From the NCBI RefSeq assembly GCF_035594765.1, contig NC_085844.1, forward strand, positions 34,549,923-34,613,922: 64,000 bases of DNA, read 5' to 3'. This stretch comes from Anolis carolinensis. Taxonomy: Eukaryota. The notes beneath the pieces were generated by a model that did no database searches, was not told where the DNA came from, and saw only the letters and a list, made by a program, of their open reading frames with translations. This document shows, one piece after another, positions 13,361-25,828 of this stretch (position 1 is its first letter; each line of letters opens with the position of its first letter). The translations under genes and the position numbers were made by a program.

Positions 13361-13710
13361 CGATCAGAGCCCTTGGGTTGTGCAGAAGGGAAAAGGGGCT
13401 CCCAATGCCTGCTCAGTCACGCTACACAATTCCTCTTTAATTATTTGGCCACTCCTCGTGGGAATGAAACCACTGGGGCTTGTGGTTCCAGGAAGCACTA
13501 GAGGGGCTTTGAGCTGAGAATTCCAAGTGCCGAAAACTACACATCCCAAGATTCCAAAGGATGGAACTACAAAAGCTCAAGCACTATAGTTGCATGGTGT
13601 GGAAATGCCCCTCACTTCTACGCTGTAGAAGTTTGACACCACTTTACCATTACAAAATGGATTGCTGTGAGTTTTCTGGACTGTATGGCCATGTTTCAGA
13701 AACATTCTCT

Positions 13711-13752
13711 CCTGACGTTTCACTCACATTTATGGCAGGCATCCTCAGAGGT
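13711..13752 (-). ncRNA. Minimal type I hammerhead ribozyme motif in a Penelope pLTR
   Basis: Minus strand reads cct-CUGAGGA-U-GCCUGC..GUGAGU-GAAAC-GUC-agg. Core is intact; stem II has one mismatch. Confidence 0.6.
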
Positions 13753-13969
13753 TGTGAGGTCTGTGAGAAACTCAGCAAGGGAGGTTTATATACCGTATAT
13801 CTGTGGAAGGTCCAGGGTGGAAGAAAGAACTCCTGTCTGCTGGAGGCAAGTGTGAATGTTGTAATTAATCTCCTTGATAAATTACAATACTAATTGCAGA
13901 CTAACTCAGGCAGAGAAGTCAGCCATAGCAGAGCACTTGATGAAGCAACCTGGACAACGCATATCATTT

Positions 13970-16585
13970 TTTTTTATTATTATATCATCTTTATTGACGT
14001 TTAATAGGTACATTATTTAAAACAATATGGTGGGTATCGGGGGGGGGGGGATAGGGGAAGGGGGGGAGAGAGAGTGGAAAAGTAGGGATAGGAAGGAAAA
14101 GCAAGGAAGGTAGGGGATCTTGGGGATGGGGATGGGAGAGATAACAAAAAGGGGTTCTGGGGGTAAGGAAAGGGGGCAACGGGGATGATGGTCTTCCTTT
14201 ATCTTCCATATCGGGTATTAAAGTCATCTGTTTAACATTGTTTTTTCTGTCTTCATTGTGAGATATAATTTCTAAGCTTCTCCCAATTTGTTTGATCAGT
14301 TCCCTTTCCTCTGGACTCTTTCAACAAAAAAGTCAGTTTGTCCATTTCCTGTATTTCCATCAGTTTTTGAAGCCATGCTTCCTTCGATGGTAGTTCAGCC
14401 ATTTTCCAATTTCTTGCGAAAACTATTCTTGCCGCTGTGGAGCTATACATAAATAAAATATCGTCATTTTTATCAAACTGTAAGTCTGTGTTTGTTATTC
14501 CCAAAAGGTAATATTCTGGTTTAATTGGAAATTTTTTCTTTAAGATACTTTGTGTCTCTTCATGGATCATCTTCCAAAACCTTTTAGTTTTCTCGCAAGA
14601 CCACCAGACATGGTAGAATGAGCCTTCATGTGTTTTACATTTCCAGCAGGTGCTGTTATAGGACTTGTACATCTGTCCGAGTTTTTTGGGAGACATGTAC
14701 CATCGATGGAAATTTTTTAGCCAATTCTCTTTTAATTCCGTGGCATAGGTATATTTTAGTTTTTTGTTCCATAACCGTTCCCAGTCTTCTAACATGATAG
14801 GGTGTCCGATGTTTCTAGCCCAGGTAATCATACAGCTTTTAATTGTTGTCGTTTCTGTTGACCATTCTAATAATATATCATAGATTTTAGAGATGACCTT
14901 CTTTTCAGTTAACATAATTCTGTCCCACCCGGAGTTGGAATCGTTGAAGCCTATACGAGCATCCTTGGTATATTGTTCCTTGATGACAGCATATTGGAAC
15001 CAGGATATATTTTTAAATTTTTCTTTTAACCTTTCTTGTGGTATCAAGTCATAAGTCCCGTTGTTTTTTACCAGTAGATCTTTATACCGAGGCCAGACGG
15101 GCCATTGTAAGATATGGCTTTGAGATGATTCGAGTGAAGAGATCCATAAGGGGATTTTATTATAGAACCTCTTTTTGTACTTTTCCCACACTTTTATTAG
15201 AGCGGCTCTAATAAAGTGGTTGCCAAAGTTCTTTTCAACCTTTCTTTTGTCGTAGCCCACGTACGCGTGCCATCCTCGTCGGAGATCAAAGCCTTCTAAG
15301 ATCAGTATATTATTATCTTTTAGTGCTATCCAATCTCTCACCCAGTTTAAAACACAGGCTTCATAATAGAGTTTTATATTTGGTAATCCAAAACCCCCTC
15401 TTTTTATTGCATCAGTCATAGTATTATATTTTATTCTCGGCCTTTTGCCTTTCCATACAAATTTTGTAATATCTTTATTCCAATCCTGAAATACTTTTTG
15501 TGTTCTTAAGATGGGTAAATTTTGAAATAGATACATTAATTTCGGGAGTACATTCATTTTAATGACCGCTATTCTTCCTAGGAGGGAGATGTTTAAACTT
15601 TGCCAATTTTGTAAGTCGGTTTTTATTTCCTTCCATTTACTTTGATAATTGTTTTTTAATAACTGGGCGTTTTTGGCAGTTATCCAAATTCCGAGATATT
15701 TAACTTTCGCGACCGTCTTAAATCCTGTGGCTTCTTCCAATTTCCCTTGATTTTCCTGTACTATATTTTTGGTCAGAATTTTTGTTTTTTCCTTATTTAT
15801 GAAAAAACCCGCTACTTTGCCGAATTTTTCCATGTTGTTAATCCATTTTTTTATGTGTCTACGGGGGTCTTCAATAAAACAAACAATGTCATCAGCAAAG
15901 GCACGGATTTTGTATTCTTGGTTTCTAATTTTAGTGCCTTTTAATTGGTCGTCATTCCGTATATTTCTGATCAAAATTTCTAAAGCAAATATAAAGATAA
16001 GGGGGGAAAGGGGGCATCCCTGCCTTGTTCCTTTTTCAATTTGGATAGTTTCTGAATGTTGCCCATTAATTAACAATTTTGCTTCTTGATTAGTGTAGAT
16101 CGCCTCGATTGCATTTATAAAGTAGTAGCCCATATCCAATTCTCTTAGCAGCAATTTAAAAAATTCCCAATTTAAATTATCAAAGGCTTTTTCAGCATCA
16201 ATTGTTATCAAGGCCAATTCTTTTTGATGGAATGTTTCATAATATTCTATAATATCTAATACGCACCTGACATTATCTTTCATATATCTATTTGGCAGGA
16301 AGCCTTTTTGTTCAATCCCTATCCAATTATTCAGAAATATTTTGAATCTATTTGCAAGGATTGTTGAAAAGATTTTGTAGTCTGTATTCAGTAATGATAT
16401 TGGCCTAAAATTCCTTACATTTGCAGTGTTTGTATCGCTTTTTGGGATCACTATAATGTCCGCTTGTCTCCAAGAGTTCGGTATTATCTTGTCTTTCAGT
16501 GCCATGTTCATTATTTCTTTTAGGTAGGGCATAATGTCATCTGCCAAAGTTTTATAAAAGTTCAGTGTGAATCCATCAGGACCTG
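13970..16585 (-). mobile_element. 5'-truncated young L1 LINE (ORF2 RT and C-terminal CCHC, 3'UTR, poly-A), 31-bp TSD
   Basis: Uninterrupted ORF from PGPDGF through RPISLLN, QGCPLSP, FADD and CWKC..H..WSC. T-run at ~13967-13975. TSD gatgaagcaacctggacaacgcatatcattt at 13939-13969 and 16586-16616. Confidence 0.95.
14253..16585 (-). CDS. L1 ORF2 reverse transcriptase fragment (no endonuclease domain)
   Basis: 783-aa ORF in the track; its first residues derive from the TSD. Complete set of RT motifs. Confidence 0.85.
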
Positions 16586-18095
16586 GATGAAGCAACCTGG
16601 ACAACGCATATCATTTGAGAACACAGAAATGCTGGACCACACAAACAACCACCATGTCTGACTACACAGAGAAGCCATTGAAATCCACAAGCATGTGGAC
16701 AACTTCAACAGAAAGGAGGAAACCATGACAATGAACAAAATCTGGCTCCCAGTATTTAAAAAAACTCTAAAATCAGGACAGTAAATAAGGAACAACACTA
16801 AAAAACAGGGGGATTTCAGACAAGAAAAAATCAGGGCCAACTAATCACCTCCTAACAAAGGAGTCCCCTAGGCAGGAAGCAGCCAAGCTTTGAAGCTGCA
16901 AGGCTATTCAATGCTAATCAAGGTGATTGATTGCAACATTCACACTTGCTTCAAACAGACAAGAGTTCTTTCTCCCATCCTGGACCTTTCAAAGATATAT
17001 AAACCCCACTTGCTTAGTTTCCAACAGACCTCACAATCTCTGAGGATGCCTGCCAAAGATATTGGTGAAAGGTCAGGAGAGACTGTTTCTGGAACATGTC
17101 TATACAGTCCAGAAAACTCACAGCAACCCAGTGATTTGGGCCATGAAAGCCTTCGACAACTCATTAAAGCACTATAGTTGTATGGTGTGGAAATGCCCCA
17201 GAGGGTACATCTATGCTATAGAAGTTTCACATCACTTTAACATTACTCAGTGCTTTGTAGTCATGGCAGCTGTAGTTTTGCAGGATCTTTACCCTTCTCT
17301 GCCAAAGAAGGCTGGTGCCTTGTCAAACCACAATTCCCAGGATTCCATGGCAATGAGCCACCACAGGTAAAAGTAGTGTCAAACTGTTCTTTCTGTTGTG
17401 TGAATGCACCCCTGGAGAATAGGGCTCCAAGAGGTACTAGCAGTCTTTCATTGAGAACTCTAAGTGCCCCTCCCTAAATTAGAAATTGCATAATTCCATA
17501 GGATGGACCTACAAAAGTTCAACGTGAAATCATAGTGCTCTGTTCGTGTAGTGTGGACATGCCCTAAGGATCCCTCCTGCTAGGTTTACCATCTTGATTC
17601 AAAAATAGTTGGGATTTTAGAAAGCAACACTTTCTCCCTCCCTTCCTTCCTTCTTCTCCCTTTTTTCTTTTCATTCCCACTTCCATTTCTCAACCAAGTT
17701 CAGGAAATGCTACTTTCTGGACTGTGACTTCCAGCATCCCTGGACAAAGTACTCACAAGTGAAGATGGTGGGAGTTATCATTCGGAAAGTAACATTGCCC
17801 AGCTATGTTCTGTGAACACTAGATGCCCATGAACATATGGAGGTTTGGTCAGCTGAGAGCAAACCATGTGAGCCAAGTTCATTTGCAGACATCTGCATGG
17901 GGTTATAGAGAAGTGTTTACAACAGTTCTGAGAGCTGGAGGTTTACATTTGACTATACAATTGTCAGGAGTTGCCTGAAGTCATTTTGTGCCATAAGGCA
18001 GCAGACAAGATGTCACTTTCATCAATGCCATGTACAAAAAACAAGCAGACGGGCAGAGAAATATTACTTCAGTACTTGGTATTACTTCAGCACAT

Positions 18096-18933
18096 GAGCA
18101 GAATTCAAAATGATCTTAACAGATTAGAGAGATGGGCCAAAACTAACAAAATGAAGTTCAACAGGGACAAATGCAAGATACTCCACTTAGGTAGAAAAAA
18201 AATGAAATTCAAAGATTCAAAATGGGGGACGCCTGGCTCGACAGCAGTATGTGTGGGAAAGATCTTGGAGTCCTTATGGACAACAAGTTAAACATGAGCC
18301 AACAATGTGATGCAGCAGCTTTAAAAGCCAAGGGATTTTGGCCTGCATCAACAGGAGTATAGTGTCTAGATTCAGGGAAGTCATGCCCCCCCCCCCCCTC
18401 TATTCTGCCTTAGTCCACACCTGGAATAGTGTGTTCAATTCTGGTTTCCGCAGTTTATGGGAAAAGTTGACAAGCTGGAATGTGTCCAGACGAGGGCGAT
18501 TAAAATGATCAACGGTCTGGAAAACAAGCCCTATGAGGAGCAGCTTAAAGAGCTGTGCATGTTTAGCCTGCAGATGAGAAGGCTGAATGGAGACATGATG
18601 TCTATGCATGAATATGTGAGGAGATGCCATAGGGAAGAGGAAGCAAGCTTGTTTTCTGCTGCCCTGGAGACTAGGACGCGGAACAGTGGCTTCAAACTAC
18701 AGGAAATGAGATTCCACCTGAACATTAGGAAGAACTTCCTGACTGCGAGAGCTGTTCAGCAGTGGAACTTTCTGCCCTGGAGTATGGTGGAGTCTCCTTC
18801 TTTGGAAGCTTTTAAACAGAGGCTGGATGTCCATCTGTCGGGGTGCTTTGAATGTGATTTACCTGCTTCTTGGCAGAGGGTTGGATTGGATGGCCCACGA
18901 GGTCTCTTCCAACTCTATGATTCTATGATTCTA
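18096..18933 (+). mobile_element. CR1 LINE 3' fragment
   Basis: MKFNRDKCKILHLG, LECVQTRA and RFHLNIRKNFLT motifs, frameshifted. (ATTCTATG)n tail. Confidence 0.92.
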
Positions 18934-19711
18934 AGACCCATTGCAGTTATCTCATGTGACATTTCCTGTGCTACAACATCTAGTCTACAAATTTCTCATT
19001 CTGTTCAGTGGTGGGTCTCCTCTTTGCATCACATTCAAGTGTTTTTCTTTAAACATTGTGGTTTAAGGAATGGCCCTGAGCACAGAATTCAATTCACCAA
19101 AAAACAGATACAGCACTACATACTAGTAAGTTGAAGGGCAAAACACACAAACTAATTCCCACGCCTTCCTCATGTCACAGATTTTATAAATTCTCAGACT
19201 ATTATAACAAAATCTCATTCTATTAAACTATTCTCATATCCATCAACACGACACAAGGAATCTAGTTCTCCCATTTTTCCTTCAAAAAAGATGACATATA
19301 TAGTTGACCCTTGGTATCCATTAGGATTTGGCTCTACAGGTGCCAAAAATCTCTTTACACCATGCTATAGTAAAATGGGGTTCCTTATATAAAATGGCAA
19401 AAAGCAAAGTTAGTTTTAGGGGATTTTTTTTAAATCATTGATGGTTGAATCTATGGGTGCAGAATCCAAGGATAGAGAGCCAACTGTACATAGGATTTCA
19501 TAAACATTGTTCCTTACAATAAATAGCACAGCTAAGTAAGTTGGAAGAAAGAACACATCCATCTGTATACGTCTTGGTGGGTGATGCAAGTTTCAGTAAT
19601 TAAGACTCCAATTCTAAACTCATTCAGTAGAAAATAACCATAACGGTCACAGTGGAATGTAATTGGAGTGAGCATATATAATTATACTGTACTTTCCTTT
19701 ACTGAGCCTAA

Positions 19712-20844
19712 TCTATATATATAAAATGATAAAGTTGTTTGCGCAGTGACTATAACAACAAAACTAAACATCCCAGAAATACGAAATTTGGCAACACAAT
19801 GCAAAAGGCTTGCCTCCAGGTTACAACAACACAACCACACCACAAAACCACAATCCAGACCCACAAAAATCACAACAACGCATCATGCGATAACAACACA
19901 ACTAAATGCCCCAGAAATACAAAATTTGACAACACGACTCAAAAGCCTTGCCTCCCAGTTGTAAGAACACAACCATAACACAAAACCACAATCTGGACCC
20001 ACAAAACTCACAACCACGCATCATGACTATAACAACACAACTAAACGCCCCAGAAATACGAAACTTGGCAAAACAATGCAAAAGCCTTGCCTCCCGATTG
20101 TAACAACACAACCACACCACAAAACCACAATCCGGACCCACAAAACTCACAACAGTGCATCGTGACTATAACAACACAACTAAACGCCCCAGAAATACAA
20201 AACTTGGCAACACAACACAAAAGCCTTGCCTCTCAGTTGTAACAACACAACCACACCACAAAACCACATTCTGGACCCACAAAACTCACAACAATGCATT
20301 GTGACTATAACAAATACAAAATTTGACAACACAACTCATCCACCTCCCCAATCCCTACATTCACACTTGGCCTCCAAAAAAACAATTACAATAATAACAA
20401 TAACAATAACAACAACAACAATAAGAATCAACACCATCACAGGCAAGAAACAGCCAGGCACTGAGGCTGAGAGGCCAGTCAGTGCTACACTGGGCCTCCA
20501 AAAAACAATACAGTAGCATCTAACTTATCCAACCTTCATGACCACTACAACAACAATAATAATAAACACCTACACAGGCAAAAAAAAAAAAAGACTATTG
20601 TACCACAATAAAAATATAAACCGCACTCAGCAGAATCAGACATTACAACTAACAACAAACCAAAGACAACAGGGATCTCAAGCAATTATCAATCAACACA
20701 AAAATTGAAGAAGGTAACAGACTTCAAATACTACTACTAATGTGAGTACAAAGAAGGTGGAGGTCACAGCATAAATACAACCTAATATAGACTGACCAAC
20801 ACCACCAGACTAAGCCACAGCAACGCGTGGCCGGGCACAGCTAG
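19712..20844 (+). mobile_element. Non-autonomous Helitron with an internal ~139-bp tandem array
   Basis: Inserted between A and T. 5' TC, 3' GC-rich hairpin followed by CTAG. Repeat units start at 19747, 19886, 20024, 20163 and 20302. Confidence 0.85.
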
Positions 20845-23253
20845 TGCTATATATAATGCAATACGATTATAAAACAGCTTATTTAGAACGTGCATTTTTA
20901 TATATCATAAAATCACAGAGTTAGAAGGGTCACCATGGACCATCTGAACTCAGAGGGATTTACTCTTCATAAAATGTATTTAGAATTGCAAGCCTGAACA
21001 GACCTTTAAACCCAGAACGCCTACAGCTAAGTTCAGCATTATACTTGCCATTACATTGTTTCCATCACACTTTTTTCATGCTGTCTCCACACTTTTGTAT
21101 TTATGTTGCTTGTGTACTGTACTCTATACAGCTGGCCCTCCATATCCAAAGGTTCTGTATCAACAAATTCTCTGTCCATGAATGCAGAATCTAGGCCTGC
21201 TGTAATTTGATTTCAAATCAGAATAAGGAAAAAATAGCTTTCTTGTCTACATTTTACAAAATCTTCCAGGTCTGAAAATGTTCAGGGAAACAACAAGTAA
21301 TGTTACTACAACTATTTTTTTATACTGAGTATGTAACAAAATTAAGTGTACCACGAATTTACAAGCAAAGTAACAAGTAGGAGGAAAGTCACTTTAATGA
21401 TATCGTTTCCATCGTATTTTCAACATTAGATTAACAGGCTTATTAGAGACACTTTGAAAGATACTTTTCAAATTTTAGACCATTCTCATAATTTCTAAGA
21501 GATGAAGTTTCCCTAAAAAGTGTCATTTTTGTGGGGTGGGGCTTTTCAAAAAGAAAGTATGTGGATATAACTTTTTAAAGCAAGCTGTGGAATGAGTAAT
21601 ATAACAAGTTGCCTTTTAAATTAATTGTCATGCATATTAGCAACTGGTTAATTTTAAAGCCTTGTGTAAAGGGTAACAATACAAACTTTTGAAAAGCAAA
21701 AGTTGAACACCAATTCAATACCTATGTGAAAGTGAAAGTAGGACAAGAGTTGAATAACATCCTCCCTTTGGTATTCCCCAGCAACTGGCATTCAGATTTA
21801 TTCAAGTTGCCTCACATCAGTTTCATTTAAAAGTCCTGTTGAAATCTGAAATACTCATTCTGATCTCAAGTTTGTTTTTTCAGGACTGCACCACACATAA
21901 ATTAAATTAAACTGGTACTTATTTCAGTTTCTTAAATGGCTACTTATACTGATGTTTTAGTATTAAAGTAATATATATGCCCCCAGAGCCTATCAGGTAT
22001 AGTGGTTTGAGAGTTGGATGGTGACTCTGGAGACCAGGGCTGAATTCCCTACTCAGCTGTGGAAACCCACTGGATGAGACTGGGCAAGTCATATACTCCT
22101 AAACTTAGAAGAAAAGCAAAGGAAATCCCTCAGAAAAAAACATTACCAAGAAAATCCTATGATTGTTACACCTTAGGGATGCCATAAGTTGAAAACCATT
22201 TAAGTGGGATTGGTTAAATATAAAGCAAGCTTCAGCTGTTGGTCATTAAATCTGAGATCTTCATGACCACAAGAAATTTGGAAATTCTTCTCTGAGCACC
22301 TTGTTAAATGAGGTGGTAAATGGCAATGAGATATGTGCCAGTGACTTTAAAATAGACTGTGGTCAATGCACAGATCTGTGTCAGATATAAGTAAACTTGG
22401 CCTGTGTGATTTCAATTATATTTTTCACAGGTCTGTGCATTCCTCACAAAAATTACTGTATATTTAAAAATAATATGTCTAAATCTAACTACTTGTTACT
22501 GTGATATTGAGTCATCAGGTTATAGTGAATTAAGCACTAAACTATAACTCTGGAACCCTATCTGAAAAACTACAAAGTGCGAATAGAGAGAGGAGAAATA
22601 AAAGAGAATCTTTGAGGCTATAGGAAAATCATTTGTTAGCTATTATGTACCAAAGTAGAGGCAAATTCAAACCACCCTCACATCAAGTGAGCTTTTGGTT
22701 ACTTGGTTAGTGTAAGAAAATTAAGTAGTAGTCTAGAGCAGGCCTGTAGAATCTGTGACCCTCCAGGTGTTTTGGAGTTCAGCTTCCAGAATTCCTGATC
22801 ATTGGATAAGCTGGTTAGAGCTTCTGGCAAAAAGTTATGCAAACCTGGTCTAGAGAATAATTTACTAGTTAGAGGACAGAGAGGAAAGCAGTCTGTAAAT
22901 GAGGGAAGGAATGGGATGGGAAAGGGGGGGGGGGGGAACTATACCTCTGGAGGCCAGGGTTCAAATTCCCATTCAACAGTGGAAATCCACTTGGTAACCT
23001 TGGGCAAATCACGCTCTTTCAGCCTCAGAGGAAGCCAAAGGCAAACCGCTTCTGAACAAACCTTGCCAAGAAAATCCTGTGATGGGTTCTCCTTAGGGTC
23101 ACCAGAAGCTGGAAATTACTTTAACAAAATTGCTGCTTTGGGACAGAAGCATTGGGGAAATGTGAAGTGGACTCTTCCCTCTATTCACTCTACTACATGT
23201 GTCTTCAATTTAAGGTGACTCTATTGATTTCATAGGGTTTTTGTTAGACAAGG

Positions 23254-25690
23254 TGAAACATGCATGCACTTCACGATCCGGCAGGGGGGAAATCTTGTTA
23301 TCCCAAGATCCCATCCACTGCTTCAATTGACACTTGTGATTTTATCACTTCTAATCCCGGCACTTTATATAAATGGATTTTAATATTTTTCGTATCCCGA
23401 TGCTGCCATAATTAAACATGCAACACGCACACACTTCACGATCAGGCAGGGGGTGATCTTTATTACAAGAGCCCAGCTGCTGCTTCTGTGTGAAGGGGCA
23501 AATGTGTAAAAATACTCCTTTTTAATCCACAGTCAAAAGCAGGAGGCCCCTTTTCAGTGGAGAGGGCAAGGAAGGACACCACGAAAGTTGGATCTTCAAA
23601 CTGCAAAAAAGCTATTTATTGTGAGCTTAGCAATAACGACAAAACATGCATACATCAATGCAATAAAAGGATTTGTCGCACCTTCAAAATGGTTGCAAGG
23701 GTTTTTATCACGTCTACAGAAAATAGTAAACATATTCTTATTGGCTTACAAAGATCATTTACCTCATTCGTCTAATGTCAGCTACATCACAAGCATCTTA
23801 ACCATCATGCAATTCCATTGGTTTTCTTTGTTGTAACAACATGTGACTCTTTAGACAATGGTGCTTTTCATGTTATTGACCCTGATTTCAGTACTGGCTT
23901 ATCTTCCTCTTGTTGCAAGTATAGATTCGAAACCTGCTGGGAATCCTAGGGAGTAATGGTTAACCGGTTCTGACTTGATGTATTGTTATTATTGAAAGTA
24001 ACTTCTTTTTCTCTGGAACAACTCTTTTTCCCAAACATCAGCATTTTCTCTCAAACATAGGCCTCTCTCAAACATAGGCCTTTGCAACTTAGGTCAATCA
24101 AAACATATGGAACTTATAGTCATTAGAAGTATCTTTGAATATTTTTTTTAAACCCATGTCCCCCTCACATGGACACTTATGCGAGTGTGTACGCACATCC
24201 AAGGTAAAGAGACACTGAGGGGAGGCTTTATTTCTGTGAGGCTTATAAAAGAGAGTGAAGTGCTGTGTGTAATGAAACTGTAGCGGAAGCCAGACTTCCC
24301 CTCTTCTCGGCTTCTCGTGTGTCTGTGCGGACGCAGTGGAAGTAGGAGACAGACAACTGGAGTTTTTTCCAAAGAAAGCAGTTTACTAAAATTCATGCAG
24401 CTGCAGAGGTTCATCCCACGCACAACTAGGTGCTGAAAAGGGAGAACCCCGCCGACAGGGTCAAGTGTCTATTTATACAATTCAATGGATTCGGTTTACG
24501 ACTGCCCACATATCAAACCATTGGTGCATATTTGTGGTGCAGTATTACATTTCATTATTACTTTCGTTTCTCTCAAAACACATGATTTCGGGGAAATCAT
24601 GTGATAACCCATTGGCTGTGTACCTGGCCTGCTCGTACCTCCTTATATGGCCATTTCCTCCTACCCCTTCACTCCTGCCTTAAAACAACAACTATTTGAA
24701 GGGGCAAAGATGTAAAAATACTCCTCTTAAAGCAAAAGGCCCCTTTTCTGTGAAGAGGGTGAGGAAAAACACCACAAAAAGTTGGATCTTCAAACTGCAA
24801 AAGAACTATTTATTGCGTGGCCATAGCAATGTGACAAATACATGCATACATGCAATCAAAGGATTTGTCCGAATTTCCAAAATGGTTGCCAGGGTTTTAT
24901 CACCTCCACAGAAATTAGCAAGCATATCCGTATTGGTTTACAAAGATCATTTACCCCATTTGTCTAATGTTGTCTAAGCATCTTAACCATCATGCAATCC
25001 CATTGGTTTTCTATGCTGTAACAACATGTGATTCTTTAGACAATGGTGCTTTCATGTTATTGACCCTGACTTGTTACAAGTATATGCTCAAAATCCTATG
25101 GGAACCAGTTCTGACTTGATGTATTGTTATTATTTGAAAGTAACTTCTCTGTTGATGGGTTACAGATTACCTCTGAATACTTTCCTAAGAGGTTATCACT
25201 TCAACACATTTCTGTGAGGCTTTCCTATCATGAAATTCCTTAGCCTTTCCTTCCCAAAAGGCTTTAATACAATTACTTCCAAAACTGACTTTTAAACTTA
25301 AACTAGGACACCTTGTCCTTCCCGAGCTCCTATCTACCAGCTATCACCAATAACTGTCTCAGTTATCGCAATATTTGAACTCCAGGGAACCAGCTCATCC
25401 TTCTCTGTTCCCAACTCAACTCTCAACTGACTGGAATGTTCAGGCATAACAGCTCTAACGGACGTTTTAGCTCCGCCCCTCTCTTTGGTCTTAGCATCTG
25501 CTTATTTGCATCTCGCCAATCAGGCTGCTTCATGCAAATATCTGTTACCTAACTCCTCCCCCTAGCTTCTGTTAGAAAGGAACCATAAGATGTCTGCCTG
25601 TCTCTCTCTTCACAAAATGGCTGCTTGCAAACCAACCTCCCAAGATAGGCCACACACTAACTTTTACTTAAGCAAAACAAATCTGTTACA
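23254..25690 (-). mobile_element. Composite solo-LTR-like insertion (TG...CA, 5-bp TSD caagg) inside a 5S-derived SINE
   Basis: TSD at 23249-23253 and 25691-25695. Internal duplications and several minus-strand polyA signals. The flanks rejoin into one SINE. Confidence 0.75.
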
Positions 25691-25828
25691 CAAGGGATAC
25701 TCAGAGATGCTTTTGTCAGTTCCTTCCTCTGAAAAATAAATAGCCTACAGCGCCCAGGATTCATTGGTCGTATCTCATCCAGAACTGTTGATCCTGCTTA
25801 GATCAGATAGCATCTGGTTCATTTAGTG

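Larger units (their letters stand above)
13655..17160 (+). mobile_element. Penelope-like element (GIY-YIG C-terminal fragment plus pLTR, with an inverted pLTR copy at ~13655-13875), split by the L1
   Basis: Rejoining 13895-13969 to 16617 onward reads KSAIAEHLMKQPGQRISFENTEMLDH..*LHREAIEIHKH..NFNR. The two pLTR copies are in inverted orientation. Confidence 0.85.

Noticed and set aside
12938-13549. Overlapping long ORFs on both strands
   Set aside because: By-product of the GC-rich CpG island. Only the 37-nt CA exon 1 is supported.
19745-20330. CRISPR-like array
   Set aside because: Eukaryotic DNA, and the units are full tandem repeats without unique spacers, inside a Helitron.
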